A program made the position numbers and the translations under genes. A stretch of 63,178 bases of DNA, counting the filler, from Pirum gemmata (taxonomy: Eukaryota), in the NCBI GenBank assembly GCA_002812295.1. It is 21 parts of 21 records of this genome, joined end to end, with 100 filler letters (N's around TTAATTAATTAA, not from the genome) between each part and the next. Parts side by side here need not be neighbours in the genome. Positions count along the whole stretch, not along the records: positions 1 to 2,900 come from PDIN01004241.1; positions 3,001 to 5,884 come from PDIN01004242.1; positions 5,985 to 8,865 come from PDIN01004243.1; positions 8,966 to 11,830 come from PDIN01004244.1; positions 11,931 to 14,830 come from PDIN01004245.1; 16 more parts are not named here. The stretch is one strand, 5' to 3'. Shown here one piece after another: positions 1-13,217 of the stretch (the first letter of the stretch is position 1; each line of letters begins with the position of its first letter). The notes under the pieces are model-generated. The model was given only the letters and a program-made list of their open reading frames with translations. It had not been told where the DNA came from and did no database searches.

Positions 1-1084
1 GAAATAATATTATATATTAATAAATACTATAGTATTTAAATTTGATATTAATTATAATTATAATATATATAGTATTTTTAATAGCATTTATATATATGCA
101 TATGACATTTGATAATAACTTGATGATTATGATAATTATTATATAATAATATATTAATAATTGTAATCTTCTAAATTATAGATGCAAATTGTATTTTAAC
201 AAGAAGATTATATGTACATAAGCATGTATCACTATATATATATTATAATTATGATTAATTAAAATATATAAATACGTATTATATATACTATATTACATTA
301 CTAGAATATATTACCACGTATACGTACGTGTATACTATATACATTTTTAATATATAATATATATATTACTACTATATATTTAATATAAAATATATGTATT
401 AATATTATATAACTACTATTAATACTACTACCGGTATATTGCGTATATTAATACCGGTATATAATATTACTATGGCTAGCTGGAAATGTTACGACTATAT
501 ATATAAATAGATACTACTACTCTGCTACTATAATTACTACTACTGCTAGTACTACTAGTATATGTAATATGATACATTATAAATAATAATATATTATACC
601 TTAGTTATAATTATATTCAAAAACCGCCCACAAATTCAAATTAAAATATTACAATTATTATTATTATTCCATTTTTTTAATAGTTCCAATATATATAATT
701 ACATATTTTGAAATTGATACATAATAGTAATATAATATCAATATTATATATATATTACAAAATTTTTACAAAACGAATTCGAACTATAAATTATGATCCG
801 CAACCCCAAAGTCAAAGCCAAAAAGCAAAAGCAAAAAAAAAGAATAAGGAAAATAATATTATAATACGCAAAAAAAAAGAATAAGGAAAATAATACGCCT
901 AGCTATATACCGGTAGTCTATACAACACACAGCTCCGTTCATAACAGGGAACAAATTCAACAATACATTTTGTAAACTTTTATTATCAATTTGTATCAAA
1001 ATAATAGTAAGTTGGTAGCATTTAGTATTGGAAAGGTTGAGAAAACTGCAACCACTTTGCAACCCAGCCTCTACTAACAGAGGA

Positions 1085-1400
1085 GAAAATACAGGGAAGG
1101 GGGGGTATCTACGAAAAAGCGCAGGGGTGTCTACGAAAAACCACAGAAGTTGAATGTAAACAAAAAGCGCAGGGAAGCGTAAGGAAAAGCGCAGGGATGT
1201 TAGGAAAAACGCAGGGATGTGTAAAAAAAGTACACATGGGGTTTATAAACAACGGGGTGAATAAGCAACAGGCGCAGGTGTGTATAAGCAACAGGTACAG
1301 GTGTGTGTGTAAACAACAGGTGCAGGGTTGTAAAAACAAAAAGCGCATTGATGTATAAAACGCGATGGGATGTAGCAAAATACCATCGGATAGCAAAAAG
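1085..1400. repeat. Degenerate ~20-25 bp minisatellite (AAAAAGCGCAGGGATGT-like units)
   Basis: Recurring aaaagcgcaggg / aacaggtgcagg / gcgcagggatgt words. Confidence 0.7.
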
Positions 1401-1555
1401 CCCCACCACAACCCTCAACATATCATACACACAAGTATGATAATAAAAAACAAAAACAGCATACACATAAGATATAGCTGTATGACCTTTAACGAATTTT
1501 TCGAAGAGCATTACTAAACAATACACCCAACACCAATAACATCGAGCTCTAAAAG

Positions 1556-2360
1556 TCCAATCGAACCCTAACCCTCCTTAAAATCGGGATGGGATTTTTT
1601 TGAACCCATTAAAATACATTTAATGTGCTCAATAACAATAAATCCATAATAAAATAAATGAATTACTACGTAATTAAAATGCTATTGGAAAACTTTATAC
1701 ATCACATTACTAACAGGCTAACTTACTAGTATATATAACTAGCTATGACCCCAGTTTCGTACCTCCATAAAATCGGCATGTGAAAAGTTTTGAACCCGTT
1801 AGATGATACCAGTTAAATGTGCTCAATAACAATAAATCCATAATAGAATACTTGAACTACTACATAATAAAAATGCTATCGAAAAACTTTTGTCGTACCT
1901 CAATAAATCCGGGATGTGAAAAGTTTTGAACCCGTTAGATGATACCAATTTGATGTGCTCCATAACAATAAATCCATAATAAAATAAATGAATTGCTACA
2001 TAATTAAAATGATATTGGAAAACAGAAAAAGTCGAACCCTAACTCTCCTTAAAATCGGGATGGGAATTTTTTTGAACCCGTTAAATGATACAAGTTTAAT
2101 GTGCTCAATAACAATAAATCCATAATAGAGTAAATGAATTACTACATAACTAAAATACTATTGGAAAACTTTATGCATCACATTACAAACAGGGTAATTT
2201 ATTAGCTAGTATATATATATATATATATATATATTTAACCAGCTATAACCCCAGTTCCGTACCTCCATAAAATCGGCATGTCAAAAATTTTGAGCCCGTT
2301 AGATTATAGACTACCTGTTTAATGTACTCAATAAACAGGCTAACTTACTAGTATAATTTT
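1556..2360. repeat. Imperfect tandem repeat, about 5 copies, 135-220 bp spacing
   Basis: Core GAACCCGTTA...GTGCTCAATAACAATAAATCCATAAT at ~1625, 1819, 1955, 2101, partial at ~2323. Confidence 0.85.
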
Positions 2361-2600
2361 GTTAACCAAATATCTGACCATTAACTAGTTGATTTATATC
2401 GCCGTACAAATTGTCAGAAAATTGAGAATCCCAAAAATAATCTTTGCTTGTTTCGACTAAAGTACCAGCCTTTATTGGTATTATAAATATTATTATTATT
2501 ATTATTATTATTATTATCATGGTTGCTATTATCATTATTATTATTATTATTATTATTATCATTATTGTTATAACTTATTTTATTTTTTGTATTTTTATAG

Positions 2601-2805
2601 ACCACAAATGTTCACTAAAACATCTGATGTAACAATCACATGTACAATACTTGATAAGGACAAAGAAATGATTATGCCTGGTGACAACGCGACCATTGGT
2701 ATAGAAATGTTTACACCATTGCCAATTGAAACAGGAACCCGATTTACTTTACGTGAAGGAAACAAGACTGTTGGTACTGGTGTAGTTACAAAGCTGGTTA
2801 AATAA
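2601..2805 (+). CDS. TUFM: Mitochondrial elongation factor Tu, terminal exon (domain III)
   Basis: RPQMFTKTSDVT...MIMPGDNATI...PLPIETGTRFTLREGNKTVGTGVVTKLVK* is the EF-Tu C-terminus. Acceptor ttttatAG at 2599-2600; AATAAA motifs follow the stop. Upstream exons are not recognisable in this contig. Confidence 0.93.
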
Positions 2806-4451
2806 GTGAATAAATCAATAAATAAAAACTTATACAATTTTTAATTTTTAATTTTTTTAGAATAAACCAATGTTCATTATTCGCATACGCAGGCTGTATG
2901 NNNNNNNNNNNNNNNNNNNNNNNNNNNNNNNNNNNNNNNNNNNNTTAATTAATTAANNNNNNNNNNNNNNNNNNNNNNNNNNNNNNNNNNNNNNNNNNNN
3001 TATTATTAATTAATTAACTTGGTTTTTTATTTTAAAAAATGTATTTATTTACACCCACTCTTATCTACGTAACAAAAGAAAGAATGACTTAAAACTGGTC
3101 AAGCAGGCTATTCCTGCATAAATTCATGATTTTTTAATTTTAAAGCAAAAAAGCACTCGATAAGAAGCGACGCAAATTATTACCATATTCCCCAAATCAA
3201 TATTACATTCCTACTTATCTGTAAAAATATTATGATTAAATTAATAATTGTATATTAAAAAATATGTATACTTTTTATTATTAAAAAGTAATTTAATAAA
3301 ATTCGAAAATATTGAAAATACTTATTAATTTTAGTAACAGTTACTAACAAAATAATAATAAACATAATTTATTATATTTTAACTTACTTTTTAATTCTCA
3401 TTCTATTCTTAATAATAAATAATAGAAATATTTATTTTTAAAAGTGCACATATTTTAATTTTAATTAATTAATATAAATCATAATAATTTTATCGTACAC
3501 TATCCAACAAATGATATATTGGTGGTCGATCCAAGTTAACTTTAGAAGAAAAGTTATGCCACAAACGTTGTATTTGTACATGAGAGATTTTTAGGTTAGG
3601 TTTTACAAAAAAAAACAAATCAAACTAATTATAAGTTTATGATAATTAATTATAATTAAGAGAATAATTGTAAGTATAATAGTTAATTACTTGAAGTTGT
3701 GAATGCATAATAATAATTTACATAATTGTATATCTTTCATTCTATGTTTATATTGTATTGATAATTTGCAAAAGTAAAATGCCTTAGTAACTATTAAAGG
3801 GAAGAAGAGGTAACTTTTGTACGGCCCTTTTGATCATTAATTGGAATACAAATCTCATACAGCAAAAAATGTAAATCATCTTACTTGTCGCGCGGGTGCA
3901 AAAGCTAACATGACAAAAGAAGATAATATGGAAGAATACTATAAAACAATTCTAATACGTGATGTTTAAGTTGAATATAGAAAGTACTAATGTGTTAATT
4001 CGATGTTTATGCAACGTTAACCTTGCAAGATATTATATACATGTTGTGGGAAGAAAAAAACACAACACAAACAAACAAACACACCCACACCCACACCCAC
4101 ACCCACCCACACATATTATTATATATCACACAAACACACACATCACATACATACACACACATATCACACACACACACACACTCTCTCTATTTCTTTCTCT
4201 CTCTCATAATAACTAGCTCATAATAACAATAATAATTACCAGCAACCTTAACAACACACAACAACCAGGAAGTGGCAGGAACACACACACACCTTTATTT
4301 TTTAGACTTTGTGCAATTGGCTTCCAAAGTGATCAAAAAACAGTTCAAAAAAGCATTTGGGGCAGCCATCCGACCCCATCACTCCCATCACCCAAAAAAC
4401 CAGCAAGAAACCAATGAAGAAACATGTTTTTTTTTTTTTTTTTTTTTTTAA

Positions 4452-4693
4452 CAGTCAAGCCGGATAAAACTTTAAGAAATCATTTTTTTTTTTAGACTTC
4501 CTTTCTAAAAACCTTTAATTCTAACTAGCCCAATTATTCTTAAAAAAAATATACATTGGTTTATATTAGATATTTTTTACTTTTAAATGATTTCTCAAAA
4601 TCGGTAGCACTTTTATTAAAATTGGATCATTTTGAGATTTTTGGATTTTCGAGCTCATATGGCGGGTGTCGCCATTTTTATCCCGCTTGGTAG
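4452..4693 (+). mobile_element. piggyBac-like MITE, 242 bp, TTAA on both flanks (family copy 1)
   Basis: TTAA|CAGTCAAGCCGGATAAAA...TTTTATCCCGCTTGGTAG|TTAA. Interior matches 13731-13961, 14021-14257 (inverted) and 56161-56349 (inverted). Confidence 0.8.
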
Positions 4694-5033
4694 TTAAAAA
4701 AAAAAAAAAAAAAAAAAGAAAACTAGATAACAATTACTTTACCAGAATTACTTTTGCCCTCTTCATTTATCATAAGAGTTTTCATTGCGTCACAGATAAA
4801 AGGATTAAGGAATTCAAATTAAACAGCCCTTTTCTCCCCCCCCCACACTAGGCTGTCTATAAAGAAGCTAGTACCCCTTAAAGTGGGGAATACTTACCCT
4901 CCTCTCTCTTACAGTAAGAATTTTTATTTTTTACAGATTTCTTTAGCCCCTCTCGGATAAAAACACAAAGGAAAGAGAAAAAAAGATAGATCAGCTTCTT
5001 TCTAGTTTTCTTTTCTTTCTTTTTTTCTAATAA

Positions 5034-5100
<67 letters not shown>

Positions 5101-5154
5101 ATCTCACATTTTTTTTTATCTTTTTTTTTTAAACTCTTTTTTATCATGGGAACA

Positions 5155-5268
5155 TTCTTTAATGACGTCATCAAAAACACAGACCCCTTTCCCCCTTCTG
5201 AACCTATCAGATGAACATTTATAAGCTACAGATTTCAATATAATCCATTAAAATGGCAATCTAGAAAA
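5155..5268 (+). repeat. Dispersed repeat containing the TGACGTCA palindrome; inverted copy at ~38875-39006
   Basis: attctt.atgacgtcat.a.aaacac.agacccc...ttctga.cct...aaatg.caatctagaaa aligns to the reverse complement of 38875-39006. Confidence 0.7.
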
Positions 5269-5411
5269 AGAATTAATGAATGTTCTCTCTCACAGTCTCA
5301 CTTCGTCAGGGGTCTTCAAAATCCTGTAAGTTTTTTTTTTTTTTTTTTTTTACTATTATCATTTTTATTGTCATTTATTCGTTTGTTTTATTGTTGTTGT
5401 TGTAAATAATC

Positions 5412-5568
5412 ATGTCGTTGAGCATTCAGCAAAATCTGTTTAGCCAAGTTATAGGTTATGTAGCTATTGCCATTAATTTGTTTTGCACAGTTCCTCAATT
5501 CATTGAATTATACAGAGTAAAAACGGGGGCAGGAATAAATTATTTACTTTTATTTTGTTGGCTTATGG
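5412..5568 (+). CDS. PQ-loop membrane transporter (YPQ/PQLC2-like), first exon; remainder beyond the contig
   Basis: SQVIGYVAIAINLFCTVPQFIELYRVKTGAGINYLLLFCWLMG is a first PQ-loop repeat (PQ..E.YR.K...G....L..W..G). Donor G|GTAATT at 5569. Confidence 0.85.
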
Positions 5569-6232
5569 GTAATTATAGCTTGTTATTTTACTAACAATAA
5601 AGCCATTTATCACTGTTGATCCCTGTTAAACATGACCCCAATAACACTTCAAGCACCTTATATGTATATATAAATGCATCGATAATAACATTTTAACAAT
5701 TATACTGTTTTTATCTTGTAGTCCCCCCCCCACCCCTGAAATTATTGTTTGAAGTAATAATTGATCGAATCATTAAAATGATCTTGTTCATTTGTTCTTT
5801 TCTATATCTGCTTTTCTTTTCTGTCATTTTTTACTACCTGTAGGTTTCAGCACTTAATTATTATAATTATAATTATTATTATTANNNNNNNNNNNNNNNN
5901 NNNNNNNNNNNNNNNNNNNNNNNNNNNNTTAATTAATTAANNNNNNNNNNNNNNNNNNNNNNNNNNNNNNNNNNNNNNNNNNNNAAAAAAAATAAAAAAA
6001 GCAAAAAAAAAAAAAAAAAAAAAAAACAAACAAACAAAAAAAAAAAAACAATAAAACAAAATGAAAGTTTATTCGTCAATAATCAATTACATTGTTTATT
6101 ATATAAAAAAATGGAAAAAATACCAATTATTATTGGATAACTATTGTGAAAGTGAAACTAGAGTTTATGATTGGATAGCTATGGTGAAAGTGAAATCGGC
6201 GAAATCAGCAGAGTGGCAGACTAAGGGACTCA

Positions 6233-6430
6233 AGGGAGCGTTCAAATATTACTTCACGTCAAGGGGTAGGTAGGTAGGTGGTATTTGACCGGAAATTAAT
6301 GTTGAGGGGGGGGCGTTCAAATATTACTTCACGTCAAGGGGTAGGTAGGTAAGTGGTATTTGACCGGAAATTAACGTCGAGGGGAAGGTAGGTAGGGGTA
6401 TTTGAAGCTGTAATGCTGTATTTGAAGTCC
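6233..6430 (+). mobile_element. Two tandem partial copies of a Harbinger-like MITE
   Basis: GGGAGCGTTCAAATATTACTTCACGTCAAGGGGTAGGTAGG at ~6234 and ~6310; same family as 6533-6681. Confidence 0.7.
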
Positions 6431-6532
6431 TTGCCTAGTTTTTTTTTCGATTACAGATATCATTCGTTGGTATCTTCAAATCGATTTTTTTCTGCGATTT
6501 TTTTTTTTTTCAAGTCAGCATACACTAGACTA

Positions 6533-6681
6533 GGGAGCGTTCACATAATACGTCACGTCAATGGGTAGGTAGATAGGTGGTATTTGACGGGGAATTAATG
6601 TTGAGGGGTAGATAGGTAGGGGTATTTGAAGCTGTATTTGACTGGAAATTGGCGTTCGTTACGTAGTATTCGAACGCCCCC
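6533..6681 (+). mobile_element. PIF/Harbinger-like (Tourist-type) MITE, 149 bp, 3-bp TSD CTA
   Basis: CTA|GGGAGCGTTCACATAATACGTCACG...CGTTACGTAGTATTCGAACGCCCCC|CTA; ~25-bp imperfect TIRs. Confidence 0.8.
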
Positions 6682-7597
6682 CTATTTTTAAAAATCATAG
6701 TTTACTTATAAATAGATTTATTAATTAATATGTGTAGAGTAGACTAACGTGGGTTACGTATGATAGCTAAGTACAGCTATTAGTACTGTTAAGTGTAGTA
6801 AAAAAAAAAGAAGCATCGCACCTGGTCCAGAATCCCAAGTATGATGGATTACTATCACACTTTCGAACTTTGAAAACTTAAACTTCTTGTTTCAAGTTTA
6901 CATTCTGGTTTCAAAAATATAATAAAAAAAATGCAACGTTGATTAATTTAGTAATTATTACACATTACATTATTATATAATATTATTAATAACATAATAC
7001 TATCAGTTATTCGGATTATTTCACTGTAACTATAGTACTACTAGTACTATATATTATTTTATTATGTATTTACTATCATAATATTATATATACCTCTTTT
7101 TTAAAAACAAATTTAAAGAAGTGTTATATATTAATATAGATATTGAATTTAAAATAAAAAAAAATTAATATTGTTATTATATAACTACGATTATTATCCA
7201 AATGAAAGGTATACATAATATGTATTACTACATTATTTCATTAAAATATATTGTAATATTTGGTTATACTTTTAATTATAATACTCTCTATTTTGGAATT
7301 TAGAACAGAAAAAAGAAACAAAGAAAGAAACCTATGAATACAATATTAATATGAATTCTTACGATACATAGACAATAAAAGAACTCCTTAAAAAAAAGGA
7401 AAAGGAAAAATATGTAATAAAAAATATTATTTATCTATTTAATTTTTTTTATCCTGCAAAAAAAAAAAACATATATAGACCTGCTAAACAAAACAAAAAA
7501 ACCAAAACCAAAACCAAAAAAGTAAAAAAACAAAAAAAGTAAAAAACGAAACACAAGAACGAAAAAACAAACAAAAAAAAAACAAAAAAAAACAAAA

Positions 7598-7641
<44 letters not shown>

Positions 7642-7712
7642 AAAAAAAAAAAAAAAAAAAAAAAATAAAAAAAAACAAAAAAAAAAACATAAAAAAAAAC
7701 ATAAAAATAAAC

Positions 7713-8540
7713 ATGGTTAGCTTCACTCAAATCGCCTTGGCTTCTGCTGCCTCCGCTGCTTTAGTAAATGCTTCAGATCATGGCCATGAACACAAAGAAT
7801 ATAATTTTTCCGAATATGAAGTAAAAATCACTAACTTGGCTTTCAATCAACCGTTATCCCGACCTGTGATTTTCACACACAATGAAAACTTTAAATTATT
7901 TCAATTTAATGGTCAAGCGTCTAAAGGTCTTCGTATTGTAGCTGAAGATGGTAACCCTGACGTTCTAGAAGCTGAAGCTGAAAAATCCAAAGATGTCAAC
8001 TCTAAAAGTATCGTTGTAGGTGAAATGGGTATTCCTCCAAGAGAATCGCAAACTTTAACCATCAAAACTACAAAAGATTACCCTTTAATCTCTATGGCAT
8101 CCATGGCCATTAACACTAACGATTGCTTTGTGGCTGTTAATGGTGAGAATATTTATGATTACGATAAAGAATACATGTGGGATTTACCGGGTCTTGATGC
8201 TGGTACTGAGGGAAATAATGAATTGTGTACTCATATGCCAGGCCCTGCTTGTCTAGAAGATTCTGGTAACTTGAGAGATGAAGCTGGAGCAGAAGGATTC
8301 ATTCATGTTCATCGTGGAGTCCATGGAGTTCAAATGTTTAATAAAACATTAGAGCCTTTAGCTGAAAGAGCAAATGGAGGGCCGTTTGCACCTCAATTCT
8401 ATGATTGGCGTAACCCAATGGTCCGTTTTGAAGTTGTTAAAACCAAAGAATGCTCTAAAAAATGGATTAAGACAAGATACGGTTACAAATGGGGTGCACT
8501 TAAATGCGAACCAGTGTACATGTATAACGAGAAATATTAA
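7713..8540 (+). CDS. Secreted stand-alone Spondin_N-domain protein (275 aa, intronless)
   Basis: Signal peptide. Motifs YEVKITNL..QPLS, AS.GL..VAEDG, ISMASMAINTNDCF, DAGTE.N.E and EGFIHVHRG fit the Spondin_N family. Confidence 0.88.
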   Translation: MVSFTQIALASAASAALVNASDHGHEHKEYNFSEYEVKITNLAFNQPLSRPVIFTHNENFKLFQFNGQASKGLRIVAEDGNPDVLEAEAEKSKDVNSKSIVVGEMGIPPRESQTLTIKTTKDYPLISMASMAINTNDCFVAVNGENIYDYDKEYMWDLPGLDAGTEGNNELCTHMPGPACLEDSGNLRDEAGAEGFIHVHRGVHGVQMFNKTLEPLAERANGGPFAPQFYDWRNPMVRFEVVKTKECSKKWIKTRYGYKWGALKCEPVYMYNEKY

Positions 8541-9022
8541 AGTTTGAAAAGTAAAATTAATAATAATAAAAGGTGAAATAAACAATCATAGTGAAATAAA
8601 TAAACTAAATAATAATCGATTATTATACAATAAAATGAAATAAATAATTTATAGAAATAAATTTTTAGTGATGTAATTACATTTATAACAACATAATTAT
8701 TAAGTCAGCTAGCTACAATACAAACATTACAGGTAATATCATTGCCACAACCTTCATCAATAGTTTGTCCGTATTAATCATCTGTACAGACATCTTCTTT
8801 TTCAAGACAACAAGCAAGAAAATATCATTACCACAACCATCATTGTGTTTATTATTATTATTATTNNNNNNNNNNNNNNNNNNNNNNNNNNNNNNNNNNN
8901 NNNNNNNNNTTAATTAATTAANNNNNNNNNNNNNNNNNNNNNNNNNNNNNNNNNNNNNNNNNNNNTTATTATTATTATTATTATTATTATTACTTTTATT
9001 ATTATTAGCAACACTAATAAGA

Positions 9023-9744
9023 ATGGCATTAACTACAGCCCAATTATCATGGATTGTAGGTATAAGTATTTATATTTGTATTGCTTGTTTTTACATTCCG
9101 TTGGCCTTAATTGGGGCCCATGAAATAAAACGCCACCTTGACTTTGACGTAATTAGTCAGGAAACAATTGTTGATTTATTACAAAAGAAAGCACAGAACG
9201 TAAATTCTTTAAAATTTAATAACAACGAAATTGAATCACTGTCAACTTTAGTTACTACAGAAGCTTTTAATTATGTAGCTAAGAATATTGAAATTTTTTT
9301 GACTTCTAATAATAACCAGAAGAAGTTACTAAGTAAAGATGTCTCAACTTCAACCCAATTCGGGTCACTTTTGGTCATGCAATTGGGTGTAACACAAATC
9401 GCTGAAAGATATGAAATTGCTGCAGAACCACAACTGGTAATTCCTAACCTGCCTAAATCCCTTGTGTTATTTATTGTTGTACTTTTGTTTTGTTTTATTT
9501 GTTTGTATAATATATATAATATGATATAATAATATACAGACAATAAGTCATTTTTTGTTATTTGTTGATATATGTTTAATCACTTTTTTTTTTATTTATA
9601 ATATTATCATTATTTATGTTACTATTGTGATTATTGTTACTATGTTTTATTGAATGGGCTTTTCGACAAATTAAAGAAATTGCAGCAAGTTTAAATTTTA
9701 ATATAAATAAATAAATATATATACTAATAATAATAATAATAATT

Positions 9745-9779
<35 letters not shown>

Positions 9780-11553
9780 TCTCTTATATAATATCAAATA
9801 GGTTCAACAGGTTATCAGGGAAAAAATCGCGCCACTGGTCATATCCACATTTATGAGTAACCCAACTTCTCTAAACACTACGCTTTTTAAACATTTTGTT
9901 ACAGACTTTAACGGTAACAACAATTCTTCTTTTGTGTATTTATGTAAATGTTTCTCAATAGGATTGGAAAAATCAGGCCAAAAAATTATAAACGAGCCAA
10001 ATTTAAGAGTCCTGACCTCTGGTGATGAAGGTGGTAATAACACTGTTGCTACACAGGTTGTTGGTAAAGGATTAGCTGATGCTTTTGGGGTAAGTGCTTT
10101 GGAGATGGCTAAGGTCGGAGTTAGACATTTTGCCAGTTGGAAATATGATAGTGATACTGCAATTTTAACAACTTATGGTTTACCAATGTTAATTTTTACC
10201 TTGGTCATTGTTGTTGTTTACGGGGGTTTAGCGTTTTTAAATCGTGAAGAAATCGAAATTCGAACGAAATATCATAAATTTTTAGTGATTTTGTTTGTTT
10301 GTAGTTTGATAGTGGCAGTTGGTAATTATGCACCACTGTTTACTAATAAGCTATCTTTAGATACAAAAGCTGGTATTTATATGGTTTCTTCTGCAGGTAT
10401 GTATTTGTTTTTTTCGGCGTTGAATTGTCGTTTGTACATGATGTATTTTTTATTTAATAGACAAAAAAAAGGAAATTACTTTTTGCCTTTGTTATGGCAT
10501 ATCCCTATTATGTGTGTACCACTCATACTAATGTTTGGATACGTTTCGACTGAATTTACTTTTTGCACGACTACTTCATGGATGGTTATTCCAGGGGTAG
10601 TTGTCAACTTTATTTTTCTATTAGAAAGTATTGTTTTGATTATCCTTACCCGAAAAAGTTGGTCGTTGTTTTCTGATTTTAGATTTAACGTTCGAACTTA
10701 TGTTTCTTTTTTCATCATATATGTGATGAATGCTTCTATATTGTTAACCGAGTATAAATCCGCTATGGATATGGCTCGTTCGGGTGCTTTATTAGTAATT
10801 GCGTACACTAGTTTTATTGTCACCGGTTACTTATTGGATGCTTTCACTCTGATTTTTGTTAAAATTTATTGTAGAAAATTGGGTTACAATTGGTTAGAAG
10901 ATTTCGATTTTGTGGCTCAAAAACAAGAAACCGTCACAGATGTCAAAGATTATATAAACGATCAAGAATTATATGGTTTATTATTTTCTTACGCAAAAGA
11001 ACAGCATTGTGAAGAAAACTTGTTATTTTTAACCGAGTACTACGGCATTGAATCTAGTGCAAATATTGAAATGGAGGATGTGTCTAGGATTTTTCAGAAA
11101 TTTATTATCCCTGGTTCTGAGTTTGAAGTTAATTTAATTGGTAAAACCGTATTAAAGGTTATGGGTGCTTATCAAGAGTGTCAAAATAAGTACTTGGAAG
11201 CTGATAAAGTAAAAGTAAGTCAGGAACAATTACATCATTTATTAGAAACTCCAGTTCACGAAATTGAAAAATTAGTACGTTCAAATTTATTAAAACATTT
11301 TTTAGAACTACCAGCTGTTAAACTATGCTTTGAAGAAAGAGAAAAGAAAATGCGTATTCAAGGAAATTTGTTACAAAAAGGTTTGTTAAGTTCAGAAATG
11401 AGCATGGATCATCACGATAATAACAATAATGATAATGTTGCAGATAATTCAAATGAAGTTATACTTGTTGACGAAAGACGTCGTTCTTGTTCTCTTTCTA
11501 ACAATGTTGCTCCAATAGATTCTACAAACAAAAGAAATACAATTATGTTTTAA
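9023..11553 (+). CDS. 7TM-RGS protein with extra N-terminal TM and ectodomain; join(9023..9436,9802..11553), ~721 aa
   Basis: Donor CTG|GTAATT at 9437 and acceptor AATAG| at 9801 join in frame. Seven hydrophobic segments precede an RGS domain (FSYAKEQHCEENLLFL..Y; IFQKFIIPGSEFEVNL; EIEKLVRSNLLKHFL). Confidence 0.85.
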
Positions 11554-12098
11554 TGTTTGTTAATTTAGTTATATAACATAACCAGGTGACCTTATTTTGG
11601 ACTAAAAAACTGGGTTGAATAAAATGTGAAAAAAAAAATTTACCACCACTAATAATAATTTATATTGTAATAATGGTAATGATAATGATAATAATAAATA
11701 ATGTTGTTTTGAGCTAATATTTTTTTGTGTTTGTTTGTTTATGCGTTATTAAAAAGGAATTATAATGATAATTTATAATAATGATAATTTATAGTAATGA
11801 TAATTTATAATAACAATATTAATATTAATANNNNNNNNNNNNNNNNNNNNNNNNNNNNNNNNNNNNNNNNNNNNTTAATTAATTAANNNNNNNNNNNNNN
11901 NNNNNNNNNNNNNNNNNNNNNNNNNNNNNNCGATAATAATAATAATAAAAACTCTAATTTAAGTTTCTTTTAACTTAAGAACTCTTAATTTAATTTAGCT
12001 ATCGCAAAACTGGAAGAATTACAGTTGATGAGCGTTAATCTGACCCAAAATGTTGACGTAAGTACACATTGTAATTTATATATATATATATATATATA

Positions 12099-12275
12099 TT
12101 TCAATAGTTTGTCCAGTTCAAAAACTGAAAATAACTTGCCAAATTATTATTATCGGTTATGTTTTAATTATTTTGGTATTTTATAAGTAATGTTATGTTT
12201 TATAAACAAATTCAATTATGCACTTAAACAGTACCAAATTAAAGATTGAGAGGAAAATTGTAACGAAATACACGA
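12099..12275 (+). repeat. Dispersed ~180-bp AT-rich repeat family; other copies ~14440-14568, ~55591-55790, ~59867-60022
   Basis: Shared tttcaatag..gtccagttcaaaaa.tgaaa...ccaaattattattat...ttaatttggtattttata...taccaaattaaagatt. Confidence 0.8.
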
Positions 12276-12379
12276 TATTTAACTATTACCAAGAGATCTA
12301 AAGTAAAAGACTAATGCGTATGACGTCATCATAATAAAAAATACTTTTATTTTTGTCATTCCCAATTCATATCATTTAC

Positions 12380-12905
12380 GATGAACGGCCCCTTTCCCTG
12401 CATATATCTATGTAAAGTTATCATGCCGGTTTAATTATCTCCGGAAGATATATTTTAAAACTTTTTCCCTGTGCTCTGGGAAGGGATGTTTTGTATGAAT
12501 GGCCCCTCACTTCCCTGCATATATCTATATAAAGTTACTACACCGGTTTATTTATCTCCGGAAGACATCTTTTTTAAAAAAATCCCGGTGCTCTGGGAAA
12601 GTATGTTTTCTATGAATGGCCCCTCAGGGCTACTTTCCCTGCATATTTCTATATAAAATTACCATACCGGTTTAATTATCTCCGGAAGATATATTTTAAA
12701 TCTTTTTCCCTGTGCTCTGGGAAAGGATGTTTTGTATGAATGGCCCCTCACCTTCCCTGCATATTTCTATATAAAGTTACTACGCCGGTTTATTTATCTC
12801 CGGAATATATATTTTAAAACTTTTTCCCGGTGCTCTGGGAAGGGATGCTTTGTATTAACGGCTCCTCAGGGCTACTTTCCCTGTATATTTCTGTATAAAG
12901 TTCTG
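12380..12905. repeat. Tandem repeat, ~115-125 bp unit, about 4.5 copies
   Basis: GAATGGCCCCTCA...TTCCCTGCATAT...CCGGTTTA.TTATCTCCGGAA...GTGCTCTGGGAA units start at ~12383, 12497, 12614, 12738, 12857; partial copy at ~13562-13612. Confidence 0.9.
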
Positions 12906-13154
12906 TATAAAGTTCTTGCCTATTTACTAATTAACCCCGATGTAATAACCAAGTCAAAGATCCATCATGCGATTTTTTTTTATTTTAAAATAAAAGATAG
13001 ACCCTCTCGCATTTTTTCCGAAAACAGTTAAAAAACCCCATTTTCGGTTTATAATTAACAATTATGGTTATTTTTTCCCAGTGTTATTGCACTGTTTAAA
13101 AAAAAAAATGAGAAGGACATATGCGCATTTATGTTTAATTATTAAGTTCGAATT

Positions 13155-13217
<63 letters not shown>

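Noticed and set aside
2945..2956. TTAATTAATTAA palindrome recurring every ~3 kb
   Set aside because: It is an assembly linker centred in N runs and is not biological. Any cluster or operon-like inference across linkers is invalid.
3490..4050. Coding-like fragments (e.g. KISHVQIQRLWHNF on minus, HLTCRAGAKANMTKE on plus)
   Set aside because: Short, interrupted by stops, and no family recognised.
8725..8850. Cys-rich DGCGND/EGCGND repeat remnant on the minus strand
   Set aside because: Has a stop and a frameshift, is truncated at the contig edge and is too short to call.
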